Assembly (NCBI GenBank): GCA_035316085.1
Contig: DATFXI010000294.1
Coordinates: forward strand, 1 to 62,124
Length of the DNA stretch: 62,124 nucleotides
Reading direction: 5' to 3'
Origin: Candidatus Angelobacter sp.
GTDB taxonomy: Bacteria > Acidobacteriota > Terriglobia > Terriglobales > Acidobacteriaceae
Below are positions 52,373 to 62,124 of this stretch, piece after piece; within the stretch, counting starts at the first letter, position 1, and each line of letters starts with the position of its first letter. The position numbers were made by a program, and so were the translations under genes. The notes under the pieces are model-generated. The model was not told where the DNA came from. It ran no database searches and saw nothing but the letters and a program-made list of their open reading frames with translations.

Positions 52373-54286
52373 ATGCAGCAAACAAGAACTTCGAGACATC
52401 TGGTGGTTGTTGCTCTTTTGATGATATGCGTCTCGTTACGCAGTCAAACCGGTACGAGCAGTGTTTCCGTTCCCGGAGAAGAGATCATCCCATTCCTCAA
52501 CCAGAGCGTGGTCTGGCACCGCCAGCTGTCCGCCCAGCAGCAATTGGTGAGTGAGCCCAGTGACGTCCTCTTTCTGCGCGACAATCGCCAGCTTGCCGAC
52601 CAGATCGTGCGTCTATCGTTTGACTTCGCAAAGGCACAAGCTCAGACGCTCGCGAATCAAGCCAATTCCGGCACGCCGGGCGCGACCACTCAACCACCTT
52701 CACAGTATCAGCGCCTCGCCGAATATTCCGCCAAAACGGAGGCCCAGGTGAAGCAGTCGCAGCAGGAACTCGATGCCCTGCGGAAGAAGCTGGAGACGGC
52801 GACCGGAAACAAGCGCCGCACGTTGTTGGCAAACATTGCGGAAACCGAAAGCGAACTCGAACTGTTTGAGGCCCGGCGCGATGCTGTGCGCAGTATGCTC
52901 CAGGTGAGCAGCACCGGCGGCAAAGGCAGCGCTGCCAGCTTACCCGCTCAAATCGACGAGCTGGCGCGCACTGTGCCTGCAGTCGAAAGTTCCAAGGAAG
53001 CGGGAGGAACCGGTAATCCATCGTCCGCCGCCTCGCCGGCCCAGGCGACTCCGGCGCCTCAGGAGCACAAGACAGCCCCTTCTGGCATTATCGCTGTGTT
53101 CTCGGAACTGTTCGCCCTGAGCCACAAGATCGACAGCCTCGACGACAATCTGCGATCGACCGATGCTCTTCAACAATCTGCCAAAGAGTTGCGCAGCCCT
53201 TTGGTGGCTCAGATCCGCGCGCTCACGCAAAAGGGTGATCAATTGGCGGCCCAGCCCAGCTCTAACGATCCAGCCGCGCTCACCCAGCAGAAGAAGGAAT
53301 TGGACGCGCTGACCGCACAGTACAAGCAGCTCTCCGCCAGCCTGCTGCCGCTGGGTAAGCAATCTATCCTGCTTGATCTGTACAAACGCAGCGTCGGCAA
53401 CTGGCGCGCGGCGGCGCAGAGCCAGTACTCGACTTTGCTCAAGGGATTGCTGTTACGACTCGCGGCTCTGGGCGTCATTTTGGGGATCGTACTCGGAATT
53501 TTCGAGCTGTGGCGCCGCGCCACGTTTCGTTACGTGACCGACCCGCGGCGCCGCAACCAGTTTCTGTTGCTGCGCCGGATCGCTCTATGGTGCGTGATGG
53601 CCATTATCATCTCGGTGGCTTTCGCCAGCGAACTCGGGGCCATTACAACCTTTGCCGGCCTGCTGACCATCGGCATTACTCTGGCTTTGCAGAACGTGAT
53701 TCTCTCCGTGGCTGGATATTTCTTCTTGATCGGGAAGTACGGCGTGCGGGTTGGCGACCGTGTGCAGGTTGCGGGGATCACCGGCGACGTAGTCGATGTC
53801 GGGATCGTGCGCCTGCACCTGATGGAACTCACCGGCGGCACCAGCCCAAGGCCGACGGGACGCGTCGCCGTCTTCTCGAACGCGGTGGTCTTTCAGGCAG
53901 GCGCCGGCCTGTTCAAGCAGATCCCGGGAACGAATTTCTTGTGGCATGAGATCACTCTCACGCTGCGTCCGGAGCAAGATTATCTTGAGGTGGAACAGCG
54001 GTTGCTGGACGCTGTGAAGAAGGTCTTTGCCGGATATCAAGACACGCTTGAGAGACAGCGCCGCTATCTCGAGCGTAATTTGCAGGCGGTGCAAATCGGC
54101 GCCTTAGTGCCGGAGAGCCGCTTGCGACTGACAGCCTCCGGTCTCGAAGTGGTGATCCGCTATCCCGTCGAGTTAAGCAGCGCCGCGGAGACGGATGACC
54201 GCGTTACGCGCCAACTGCTTGAGGCTATCGCGCATGAACCCAAGCTCTCGCTCTTAGGGGCGCAAATTGAAGCAAAATCTGCCTGA
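52373..54286 (+). CDS. Mechanosensitive ion channel family protein (MscS/MscK-like)
   Basis: Signal/TM N-terminus, a long coiled-coil periplasmic region, TM helices, then the MscS core GDRVQVAGITGDVVDVGIVRLHLME. Confidence 0.85.
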   Translation: MQQTRTSRHLVVVALLMICVSLRSQTGTSSVSVPGEEIIPFLNQSVVWHRQLSAQQQLVSEPSDVLFLRDNRQLADQIVRLSFDFAKAQAQTLANQANSGTPGATTQPPSQYQRLAEYSAKTEAQVKQSQQELDALRKKLETATGNKRRTLLANIAETESELELFEARRDAVRSMLQVSSTGGKGSAASLPAQIDELARTVPAVESSKEAGGTGNPSSAASPAQATPAPQEHKTAPSGIIAVFSELFALSHKIDSLDDNLRSTDALQQSAKELRSPLVAQIRALTQKGDQLAAQPSSNDPAALTQQKKELDALTAQYKQLSASLLPLGKQSILLDLYKRSVGNWRAAAQSQYSTLLKGLLLRLAALGVILGIVLGIFELWRRATFRYVTDPRRRNQFLLLRRIALWCVMAIIISVAFASELGAITTFAGLLTIGITLALQNVILSVAGYFFLIGKYGVRVGDRVQVAGITGDVVDVGIVRLHLMELTGGTSPRPTGRVAVFSNAVVFQAGAGLFKQIPGTNFLWHEITLTLRPEQDYLEVEQRLLDAVKKVFAGYQDTLERQRRYLERNLQAVQIGALVPESRLRLTASGLEVVIRYPVELSSAAETDDRVTRQLLEAIAHEPKLSLLGAQIEAKSA

Positions 54287-54442
54287 CCGCACGACACCGA
54301 CCATCGTATTCTCGAGACATGCCGCCCCGGATGAGAGATAATAGTCTGCAAGTAGACCACGGGAAAAAACGGACGTATTGACGCAGAGAAAAGCGGGGTT
54401 TGAACGCCCGCGGCTTAATTGCCTTCTCTGCGTTCCGTGCAA

Positions 54443-55834
54443 ATGGACCTGAAAACGCTGTCGCAACATGTGGAGGACCATGTGAAGACCGTGTTCGTGA
54501 TCGGCGCCGGACCAGCAGGAATGTTCGCTGCGCAAAAAATCGCCCAGGGCGGGCATGAAGTCATCATCTTCAATCGCGACATCAAACCCGGCGGCCTGGC
54601 CGAGTACGGCATTTATCCCACCAAAGACAAGATGAAGGTCGGCTTGCGCAAGCAGTTCGCCAAAGTGTTGAGCTTGCCCAACGTACACTACTTCGGCCAC
54701 GTGCCAGTGAGCGCGGAGTCGGCGGTCTCGATTGACGATCTGCGCCGCTTTTCACCGGCAGCCATGGTCTTCTCGGTGGGGGCGCAGGGCACCAAGAAGC
54801 TCGGTCTGCCCGGCGAGACTGCCCGGGGCGTCTATCCGGCAAAGGACTTCGTCTATTACTACAATCTGCTCCCGCCGTTCACCGCTAAGGATTTTTCCGT
54901 CGGCAAGCGCGTGGCCGTGGTGGGCATGGGCAACGTCATGGTGGACGTTGCTCACTGGCTGCTGGTGGATGATCCCAAAAAGACGACGGAGGAAGTGATC
55001 GTGGTGGCGCGGCGCGGCCCATTCGAGGCTAAGTTCGATAAAAAGGAATTCAAAGACATTGAAGAATTCCTTGATCGCGCAGCGTTTGATGCTGAACTGC
55101 AACGCATCCAGCCGCAGCTGGCCGCGGTGGGACAGGACCCCAACAAGCTGGCAGAAGAGACGTTTCCCGTCTTGGCCAAGCCGGCGCAGGAAGTCCAGGG
55201 CGGGCGGCTTCGCTTCCGCTTCCTTTGCTCGCCGCAAGCCATCCACGCCGGCGCCGACGGAAGGATCAGCCGGCTGACAGTTGTCGAAAATGTTCTGCAG
55301 CAACGCGATGACAACATTGCCTGTAAAGCTACCGACAAGACTGCAGACCTTGAGGTAGACACCATGATCTTCGCGATTGGCGACGTTGCCGATCCGGCGG
55401 TAGGCCTGCCCTATAACCGCGATTCTTATGTGACCAATCCTGCCGTTGGTGAAGACACCAAGGGCGCCCCCCACTACGAGCTGTTCGATCCTCAGACCGG
55501 CAAAGTCTTGCCGGGAATGTACGCTGTGGGCTGGGCGCGCAAAGCCAGCGAGGGACTGGTCGGCATCGCCCGGCACGACGGTGAGGTCGGCGCGGCGCAC
55601 GTTCTCAAATACCTCGAGGGCGTGAGTGATGGCCAGGGCGCTTGCGCGCAGCAGGTCCGCCAGCATCTGGAGAGCAAGGGCGTGCGCGTAGTGGATAAGA
55701 GTGATCTTGAATCGCTGGGGCACGCTGAAGAAAAAATCGCTCAGGAACGCGGGCTAACGTGGTTCAAGTTCGATAAGGACGAGGACATGCTCGCGGCCAT
55801 CGATGCCAACAAGGCGAAAACGGTTTCGGTCTAG
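54443..55834 (+). CDS. FAD-dependent NADPH:ferredoxin/adrenodoxin-type reductase (FprA-like)
   Basis: FAD-binding VFVIGAGPAGMFAAQKIAQGGHEVIIFNRDIKPGGL and a second Rossmann VAVVGMGNVMVDVA. ATG at 54443; the track start is TTG. Confidence 0.8.
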   Translation: MDLKTLSQHVEDHVKTVFVIGAGPAGMFAAQKIAQGGHEVIIFNRDIKPGGLAEYGIYPTKDKMKVGLRKQFAKVLSLPNVHYFGHVPVSAESAVSIDDLRRFSPAAMVFSVGAQGTKKLGLPGETARGVYPAKDFVYYYNLLPPFTAKDFSVGKRVAVVGMGNVMVDVAHWLLVDDPKKTTEEVIVVARRGPFEAKFDKKEFKDIEEFLDRAAFDAELQRIQPQLAAVGQDPNKLAEETFPVLAKPAQEVQGGRLRFRFLCSPQAIHAGADGRISRLTVVENVLQQRDDNIACKATDKTADLEVDTMIFAIGDVADPAVGLPYNRDSYVTNPAVGEDTKGAPHYELFDPQTGKVLPGMYAVGWARKASEGLVGIARHDGEVGAAHVLKYLEGVSDGQGACAQQVRQHLESKGVRVVDKSDLESLGHAEEKIAQERGLTWFKFDKDEDMLAAIDANKAKTVSV

Positions 55835-55881
55835 CCGCGACTCATTTTTATCGCGCGGGCGGGCGGCTTCACGATGTAGAG

Positions 55882-55913
55882 AAAAAATGCCGGCGTGGAA
55901 AGCCCACGCCGGC
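55882..55913 (-). terminator. Rho-independent terminator of the TonB-dependent receptor gene
   Basis: Minus strand: GCCGGCGTGG-GCTTT-CCACGCCGGC, a 10-bp stem, followed by ATTTTTTCTCT. It begins 23 nt after the stop at 55936. Confidence 0.8.
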
Positions 55914-55935
55914 AAATGTAAATTGTGGTTGGCGG

Positions 55936-58900
55936 TCAGAACGTAAACTTCACCGCGAGTTGGGCCTGCAGTGGATCACCTACACCCTGGCGCAGGAAAC
56001 CGTCAAAATTGAACAGCCCCGGCGTGACCAGCGGGTTTACGTTGTTCTTATTGTTAAAACTGTTGAACACCTCCACCATCGGGATCAGAGCGTAACGATC
56101 GCCAAAGTGGATTGGCCTGAGTGCACGCCAATCAAAGGTGAAGAAACCGTTGTCTTTGCGAAGGTGATTGCGGCCGCAGTCGACGCCGGCAACCACCCGA
56201 GTCAGAGAGTTGTTGGGAGTGCAGGGAGTACCGGTCCCGGTTCCCAGAGGATTGTCGGTAATGGGCTGCGCGGTGTGAGCCTGGATGCGCGCGCCGAACT
56301 CAAAACCCGCGGGCAGTTTTGTGGTGGCATAAAAGTTGAATTTGTGGCGGCTGTCGCGGTCGGAAAACGTGTAGTCTTTGCGGAAATTGAAGCGATTGAA
56401 GTAGCGGAACGTGAATGGGTCGCGTTCGTTGGAATCATCATCCACATCTTCCGAAAGTACATAGTTCCCTTCAAGTTGGACGCCGTGACTCATCCGCTTC
56501 CTCACGCCTATGGTCATGCCACGATAGAGGGAATGGGCTGAACTCTGAGTATCCGTAACCGAACCGAGATTTCCGAACGGCGCCGGTCCCGAGTAAATTA
56601 CGGTGTCACCGTTTGCGGGAACAGTGACGGTAGAACCGGTGTTGGGGTCGACAAACCGGGTTAAATAGACTCCCTTCGCCCAAGTGAGATCGAGATAGCC
56701 CGCCCAGTTAGGAGCAAGCTGCTGCGAGAAGCCGAAGTTGGCTACGTAGATACGGGGATTGTTGTAGTTTTTGTCAAAGACTGTGACGCCAGGCTGGAAC
56801 GGAAACGTTCCAGGCGGTAGCGCCGCCGGAGTTATGGGATTAGGCCAAACGGGAGGAGGCCCGTTAGGGCTGATAAATATTCCAGGGCCCACATCCCCGG
56901 CAAACAGAGTTTGCTGCTGGACGCCGTTGGTAGTAATGGCGCCCACTTGCGTAAGCATGTTCTGCTGCGCGTTGTAGATGCCCCAACTGGCGCGAACGAC
57001 CGACTTCCCGTTGCTGCGGACGTCCCACGCCAGGCCAAGCCGTGGCTGAAACATTTTAGTAGCGTTGGGAATTTTCCCCGTGGAGGGGAATCGGGGATCA
57101 CTGAGATTTACACCGTAGGCAGTCTGTGCTGGAGGAATTACCGGGTCGGGGAAGATCTGCGCTTCCCAGCGCAGGCCGTAGTCCAAGGTCAGGTTCGGCC
57201 GAATCTGCCACTTATCTTGCAGGAACAGCGCATAGTTTTCGTTGCTGATGTCGGACGCACCGGCGGCATCGGTTGTAGCTCCGTTGGTCCCTGCATGCTG
57301 CAGATACAGGAGGAGCGGACTGAAGGGTGTAGCGGACGATCCCGCCGCCGTGCATTGAGCAGGCGTGCCGTACACACCATTTGCACAGAGACGCACTGAA
57401 GGGCCGTCCGTGGCGTAGTGCAGGAAGCCCAGCACCGAATCAAAGATGAAGCGGCCGGTGAAGAACCCGCGGAACACCTGCGTATTGTTGCTGTGCAGCC
57501 ACTCCCCTCCGAACTTGATGGTGTGCTTGCCCGCCAGGATCGAAAAATTGTCCCTCACCTGGACGCGTTTAAACACTTCGTCAATCTTAGGTTCTAAGAA
57601 GAAGGGCGCGCCAAAGCGGAAGGTGGTAGCGAATCCCATGGCGGTATCAGCGGGCACATTGGATGTGACTGCCGAGCGCGGACGGTCTTCGCGCCCGAAG
57701 CCGACATGGCCTTCGTTCACCTTCTTCGCCGACACCGTGGTGAACATGTTGAAGTTGACGGCGTTAATCTTGGAGGGCCCTTCAATCCCGTTGGCTGAAT
57801 TGCCATAGGTGGGAACATCGAACGTCTGATTCGTGTTGTTGGAACGGTCAAAATTGTAGGAGGCGCTTACCTTGTTGGCCTCATTGACATTCCAATCGAA
57901 CTTTCCCAGGATCGCGGTGTTGCGGATAGGGTGCTCGATCGGCAGGCCTTCCTGCTGATTGCGATTGGTCTGGAAGAAGTTGATCAGGGCCAGGCGCTGG
58001 CAATCCGCATTACTTGCGATCAGAGCCGAGTTTGCCGCGACCGTTGGCGTCGGCACAGGGCAAGCCGTTTTTCCTTGTTGCACGCTGAGATTAGGCCTGA
58101 TCAGATGTTCGAAAATCTGCTCGACTGCTCCGAAGACGAACATCTTCTGCCTCACGATTGGGCCGCCGATCGTGCCGCCGAACTGCTCGCGATGAAAGTC
58201 CTGCAGCGGTTTATCGTCTGAAGTATTGGCGGTGAGCGCTTCCATGCGTTGGAAGTGGAAGAGGCTGCCGTGCACTTGGTCGGTGCCCGATTTGGTGATA
58301 ACGTTCACCACCCCACCGGCGGTGCGACCGAACTCTGCTGTGGCGCCACTGGCCACCACCTGGAATTCCTTGACTGCATCCAGGGTGATGTCAATGGCTG
58401 CGCGCTGCCCGCCGGCCTGCTCACCGAAGAAGCCGTTGTTGTAGTCGCCGCCATCAAGGCTCACGTTGTTGAAGATGCCTCGCTGGCCCGCGAAGCTGAT
58501 TTCGTCGCCGTCCGGGCCCTGTACAACGCTCACTCCCGGTGTGAGCGTGAGCAAATCTTCAAATTTTCTTCCCAGGACCGGTGTCGCGCTGACCGCAATC
58601 TCATTCAGCGTCGTGCTGGATACGCTCTCGGTGGGCTCAATCGTCGGACTCTCCGTGACCACGACGGTCTCGGCGACGGCTGAAACCTTGAGAGTGAGCT
58701 TGAGAGAAATTGCTTGGCCCACCGTGAGGTCCAGATCTTTTTGAATCACCTTAGAGAAACCGCCTTTGGAAGCAGTGACCGAGTACCGCCCCGGCCTCAA
58801 TGAAAGGAAGACAAACCGGCCATCTCCGTCAGTCTTCTGCGCGGTTTCAGTTTGTGTGTCCAGGTTCCTAGCGGTTACATCGGCGCCAACGATCACGGCG

Positions 58901-59022
58901 CCGGATTGGTCCAGAGTAGTTCCCTGGATGACTCCGGTTGTGATTTGCGTTTGAGCGACCGCAAGGCCGGTTAGAGAGAAAGCGAAAAAGAGACAAATAA
59001 GACAACACCGTAGCCTCACCAT
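55936..59022 (-). CDS. TonB-dependent receptor with N-terminal CarboxypepD_reg domain
   Basis: Signal peptide, TTGVIQGTTLDQSGAVIVGADVTARNLDTQT....TDGDGRFVFLSLRPGRYSV, a plug region, a ~800-aa barrel, and terminal ...LAVKFTF. Confidence 0.9.
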   Translation of the reverse strand: MVRLRCCLICLFFAFSLTGLAVAQTQITTGVIQGTTLDQSGAVIVGADVTARNLDTQTETAQKTDGDGRFVFLSLRPGRYSVTASKGGFSKVIQKDLDLTVGQAISLKLTLKVSAVAETVVVTESPTIEPTESVSSTTLNEIAVSATPVLGRKFEDLLTLTPGVSVVQGPDGDEISFAGQRGIFNNVSLDGGDYNNGFFGEQAGGQRAAIDITLDAVKEFQVVASGATAEFGRTAGGVVNVITKSGTDQVHGSLFHFQRMEALTANTSDDKPLQDFHREQFGGTIGGPIVRQKMFVFGAVEQIFEHLIRPNLSVQQGKTACPVPTPTVAANSALIASNADCQRLALINFFQTNRNQQEGLPIEHPIRNTAILGKFDWNVNEANKVSASYNFDRSNNTNQTFDVPTYGNSANGIEGPSKINAVNFNMFTTVSAKKVNEGHVGFGREDRPRSAVTSNVPADTAMGFATTFRFGAPFFLEPKIDEVFKRVQVRDNFSILAGKHTIKFGGEWLHSNNTQVFRGFFTGRFIFDSVLGFLHYATDGPSVRLCANGVYGTPAQCTAAGSSATPFSPLLLYLQHAGTNGATTDAAGASDISNENYALFLQDKWQIRPNLTLDYGLRWEAQIFPDPVIPPAQTAYGVNLSDPRFPSTGKIPNATKMFQPRLGLAWDVRSNGKSVVRASWGIYNAQQNMLTQVGAITTNGVQQQTLFAGDVGPGIFISPNGPPPVWPNPITPAALPPGTFPFQPGVTVFDKNYNNPRIYVANFGFSQQLAPNWAGYLDLTWAKGVYLTRFVDPNTGSTVTVPANGDTVIYSGPAPFGNLGSVTDTQSSAHSLYRGMTIGVRKRMSHGVQLEGNYVLSEDVDDDSNERDPFTFRYFNRFNFRKDYTFSDRDSRHKFNFYATTKLPAGFEFGARIQAHTAQPITDNPLGTGTGTPCTPNNSLTRVVAGVDCGRNHLRKDNGFFTFDWRALRPIHFGDRYALIPMVEVFNSFNNKNNVNPLVTPGLFNFDGFLRQGVGDPLQAQLAVKFTF

Positions 59023-59058
59023 ACTGATGCCTCCTCCAGAAGCGGCGGCATTCTAGTC

Positions 59059-59081
59059 CAATTTCACAACAATTGAAATTG
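59059..59081. promoter_or_regulatory. Inverted repeat CAATTTCA-N7-TGAAATTG upstream of the TonB-dependent receptor; candidate operator
   Basis: Exact 8-nt arms located 37-59 nt upstream of the ATG at 59022, in an A/T-rich patch. Confidence 0.3.
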
Positions 59082-59185
59082 AAATCTCGGGGAAGCAATC
59101 CCCTCCCCGTCGCGTGTTGGTGTCTGCTGGAATGTCGGCCCTCGCGGACTGCAAGATCTGGCAGGCAATTCGCTCAGAGCGGGGC

Positions 59186-60079
59186 CTATCCGACGATCGC
59201 CGTGAGATAGAGAACCCTCTCGCCCAGACTTCGGTTTCCACGGATGTCTATCTGCTCGCGAGCTAGATCTCGATCGATGCCCTTTGTAAAAAGCCGCCAA
59301 GCCAGTTCCTGCGGTATCACGACCTGGGCTGCGAAGTCTCCGGACGATGGTTTTGCGAGACTCCATCCCGTCGACCCCTTGGACAAATACCAGGACCCGC
59401 CGCACTCGCCGGTAATCTCCACGAGAAGCGCTGTGCCGGCCGGCGCCTCGATATCTCGGAAGTGATGCGGCATTCCCCTCATAAAACAATCCAGGACTGG
59501 GTGGTAGAGGTCCGGCGTCATAAGGCCAGGACGATTCGTGGCCAATCGAATCTGCTGCTGGTGATGCCAGCGTTCGGTCAATTCGGGAGCCGTGTCAAAC
59601 CAGTTCAGAGAGGTTACTTCCCCCGCCCAGCTGACAGAGAATGCTGCAGGAGCGAACGGATCAAGAGATTCGTGAAAGCTGGCGCTCTGTTGACAGGCTA
59701 TTTTCATCATGTCGATGAGAATCGGTGGGCTCAGACGCCGGTAAACGCTCACTCCTTCCCGGTTCAGATGATTCACCAGCGTGACTACATTTTGAGGCAA
59801 ACTGATTTCGCCAGATTCCACATGCCATTTGTCCCGCACCAGGGAAAGTTTGCGAAGCGTCGTATCGAGCAGGTGGGCTGCGACGTCGCGGACCTTCCGC
59901 AATGGCGCGACGGTTTGGAGGTCCCATTCGCTCGCGGTAAGCGAACGCAACAGGTCAATCAACTTTTCGTCCACTTGGCGGAGCAGATGAGCACAGAGGA
60001 TGGGCGCCGGGCCGGGGTCCCCAGACTGGGCCGGTTTTGCCCTGGCCGGGGCAGAGGGGTCGCCGGATTGGCCATTCAT
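59186..60079 (-). CDS. DinB/maleylpyruvate-isomerase-N-terminal family protein
   Basis: LLRQVDEKLIDLLRSLTASEWDLQTVAPLRKVRDVAAHLLDT is typical of the MDMPI_N/DinB_2 helical bundle. Confidence 0.7.
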   Translation of the reverse strand: MNGQSGDPSAPARAKPAQSGDPGPAPILCAHLLRQVDEKLIDLLRSLTASEWDLQTVAPLRKVRDVAAHLLDTTLRKLSLVRDKWHVESGEISLPQNVVTLVNHLNREGVSVYRRLSPPILIDMMKIACQQSASFHESLDPFAPAAFSVSWAGEVTSLNWFDTAPELTERWHHQQQIRLATNRPGLMTPDLYHPVLDCFMRGMPHHFRDIEAPAGTALLVEITGECGGSWYLSKGSTGWSLAKPSSGDFAAQVVIPQELAWRLFTKGIDRDLAREQIDIRGNRSLGERVLYLTAIVG

Positions 60080-60149
60080 GCCATCAAGCTAACATAGGGG
60101 TGGCGCCTCGTGGCAAAACGCCCGTGTTTCTTCGCTTGATCCCGTCCGC

Positions 60150-60950
60150 ATGCAACCGTTAGATTCTCAGTTAATGCCCGATTGGGACGCTAAACTCTAT
60201 GTGAGGTTTTCCAGCCAGCGGGCGCGTCCTGCAACCGACCTGATCGCGCAAGTAGAACTTGAGAATCCGCGGCGCCTCATGGATTTGGGTTGTGGCACCG
60301 GCAACAGCACCGAACAGTTGCACGCGCGCTGGCCACAAGCTGAAATCACCGGCCTGGACAACTCGGCGGAAATGTTGGCCCAGGCGCGGGCTAATCATCC
60401 CGATTGGAGATGGATTGCATCCAGCGTAGAGGCTTGGAAGCCTGATTCGGCTCTTGATCTGATCTTCTCCAACGCCTGTCTGCACTGGGTGGCGCACCAC
60501 GCAAAGCTGTTTCCGCGTCTGCTGAACTACGTTGCCCCGGGCGGCGCGCTGGCCGTGCAGATGCCCAACAGCTACCATGTTCCGGCCCATACACTCATGA
60601 AAGATGTCGCGCTCGCGCCGGGCATGCCCTGGACCGGCAAGCTGCCCCCGGCTTCGAAAAGTTACACCGTTCAGCCCGTCGCGTTTTATTACCACGCGCT
60701 GCGCAAACTGACCCGCCGCCTGAACATTTGGGAAACTGAATACCAGCAAATTATGGAAGGACCGCGCGCAGTGCTTGACTGGGTGCGCAGCACGGCCATG
60801 CGCCCGTATCTGGAGCGCTTGCCGAGCGACGACCAGCGCCGTCTGTTTGAGCAGCGCTGTCTGGAACGGTTTGAAGAAGCGTATCCTGCCAACGACCAGG
60901 GACAAACACTGTTTCCCTACCGCCGGATGTTCATCATCGCCTATCGATGA
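60150..60950 (+). CDS. tam: Trans-aconitate 2-methyltransferase
   Basis: WDAKLYVRFSSQRARPATDLI and the SAM motif LMDLGCGTGNST. The length and C-terminus fit Tam. Confidence 0.8.
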   Translation: MQPLDSQLMPDWDAKLYVRFSSQRARPATDLIAQVELENPRRLMDLGCGTGNSTEQLHARWPQAEITGLDNSAEMLAQARANHPDWRWIASSVEAWKPDSALDLIFSNACLHWVAHHAKLFPRLLNYVAPGGALAVQMPNSYHVPAHTLMKDVALAPGMPWTGKLPPASKSYTVQPVAFYYHALRKLTRRLNIWETEYQQIMEGPRAVLDWVRSTAMRPYLERLPSDDQRRLFEQRCLERFEEAYPANDQGQTLFPYRRMFIIAYR

Positions 60951-60980
60951 GTGCCGAAGCTTTGTTACCATGACCATCCC

Positions 60981-61856
60981 ATGCTGCAGAACTGTCTGCA
61001 AAGGATCGCGTTCGTGCTGGTGGGAGTGTCAGGCGCTTCGGCTTCCGTGCAGAAGATCGCGCCCGACCTTTACGCCTACATCTCTGAAAATGACTCCAGC
61101 GCCAACGCCACGTTTTTGATCAGCGACAAAGGCATCCTGGTTGTGGACACCGGCCTCAATCTGCCGGAAGGCCGTAAGCTGCTGGAAGAGATCAGGAAGA
61201 TTTCTCCGCTGCCGGTGCGCTGGATCGTCAATACCCACTACCATCCCGACCATCGTGGCGGCAACAGCGTGGTGGGACCGGATGCGGTCATCATCAGCAC
61301 GCACTACACACGCAGTCGCGTGCGGCGAGCTCTAGAGGAGCAGGCGGTCCAGAATGGCCAGCGCCCGCCGCCGGAGTACGAGTTGAATGAGGTCATCGAC
61401 AGGATGATTGTTCTTCATCTGGGAAGTCATGAGGTTCGCATTTACCACCCGGGCCCGGCGCACACCATGGGTGACCTTGTCGTTTATTTCGCTGACCAGC
61501 ATGCCATCGCCACCGGCGACCTGTTTCTCACCAATTCCTGCCCGGCGATGGACGAGGGTGATCTGGAAAACTGGGTCCACGCTCTCGACCAAATACTCCA
61601 TCTTCCGGTGGAGCACATTGTTCCCGGCCATTTTGCGCTGGCAACCAAGAAGGAACTGCGCCACTTCCGCGACTACTTGGCCGAGCTGCGCGATCAGGTA
61701 GACCGCATGTATAGCAAAGGCCTTAAACTCCCCCAGGTGCAGCAAGGCTTGAAGCTCACGGGGTATGAAGATCTTCGTCAGTTCCCGAAATATGAAGCCA
61801 CATTCGCTGATAATGCCGCCGCGTATTACGGTCAGCTCCAGCGCAAAGCCCCGTGA
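60981..61856 (+). CDS. MBL-fold metallo-hydrolase (secreted)
   Basis: HYHPDHRGGN (HxHxDH), a downstream GHT/D motif, and a signal-like N-terminus from the ATG at 60981. Confidence 0.85.
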   Translation: MLQNCLQRIAFVLVGVSGASASVQKIAPDLYAYISENDSSANATFLISDKGILVVDTGLNLPEGRKLLEEIRKISPLPVRWIVNTHYHPDHRGGNSVVGPDAVIISTHYTRSRVRRALEEQAVQNGQRPPPEYELNEVIDRMIVLHLGSHEVRIYHPGPAHTMGDLVVYFADQHAIATGDLFLTNSCPAMDEGDLENWVHALDQILHLPVEHIVPGHFALATKKELRHFRDYLAELRDQVDRMYSKGLKLPQVQQGLKLTGYEDLRQFPKYEATFADNAAAYYGQLQRKAP

Positions 61857-61924
61857 CTCGGAAACGGACGGTGGCGAACTTTGGTTACACCCTAAGTGTC
61901 CCCGGTGAAAACTACAATACATCC

Positions 61925-62124
61925 ATGTCAGAGCCTTCCGCAGCGCCGGCTCGAAAGCCAGAGTTCATGAATCGGACCACCCAAGGCATCATCGCGGGAC
62001 TCCTGGGGGGTGTGCTCTGTGTTCTCGGGCTGGGCCTGATTGCCAGCCGGGCGGAATCCGGTCTGCTGGCGAAGTTGTGGTCGGCCATGACTGGCCGCAG
62101 CACTCGCGTCGCCAGCCAAGGCAG
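61925..62124 (+). CDS. 5' part of a hypothetical membrane protein gene (runs off the window)
   Basis: The frame from the ATG at 61925 stays open to the window end, with G/C-rich third positions and a TM-like segment IIAGLLGGVLCVLGLGLIA. It is absent from the ORF track because no stop codon is reached. Confidence 0.4.
   Translation, partial: MSEPSAAPARKPEFMNRTTQGIIAGLLGGVLCVLGLGLIASRAESGLLAKLWSAMTGRSTRVASQG

Overview
GC-rich (~60%) chromosomal segment with about 57 protein-coding genes. By eye I found no rRNA, tRNA, CRISPR array, transposase or integrase. It is probably from an Acidobacteriota (Terriglobia-like) genome. That inference rests on the gene content: an Acidobacterial-type VWFA protein, a GWxTD protein, and CarboxypepD_reg-type TonB-dependent receptors and outer-membrane proteins ending in F-T-F. 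Recognisable housekeeping genes are rpsA, glgP, glmS, purS, lpxI, miaA and tam, plus an OYE-family flavin reductase, an amidase, a MacA-like adaptor with an ABC ATPase, TonB, an MscS-family channel and an FprA-like reductase. The standout is a ten-gene, tightly coupled minus-strand operon at 3570..11490. In order it encodes a membrane trypsin-like protease, a 91-aa beta-grasp ubiquitin-like protein, a ThiF/UBA-type E1, a membrane-tethered JAMM/MPN+ peptidase, a polytopic FHA protein, a RING-like zinc finger fused to a TM2 domain, two GYF-domain membrane paralogs (with a decayed third copy between them), a DUF2752 membrane protein, and a UBC-fold E2 with an HPN...Cys active site. This is a complete Ubl/E1/E2/E3/DUB toolkit in a membrane context that no characterised system explains. 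Secondary observations: a self-contained micro-gene (promoter, strong SD, 14-codon poly-Lys ORF, terminator); a ~96-bp palindrome built of GGTAATTG units; a 27/28-nt direct repeat bracketing a DUF3606 gene at the 3' end of the OYE gene; a dual palindromic operator around a consensus-like promoter of a TetR-containing operon; a candidate PadR operator; and two stand-alone HisKA_2-like membrane proteins without ATPase domains. Start codons were refined by eye from the ORF track. All family assignments rest on motif recognition and need HMM or structure confirmation.
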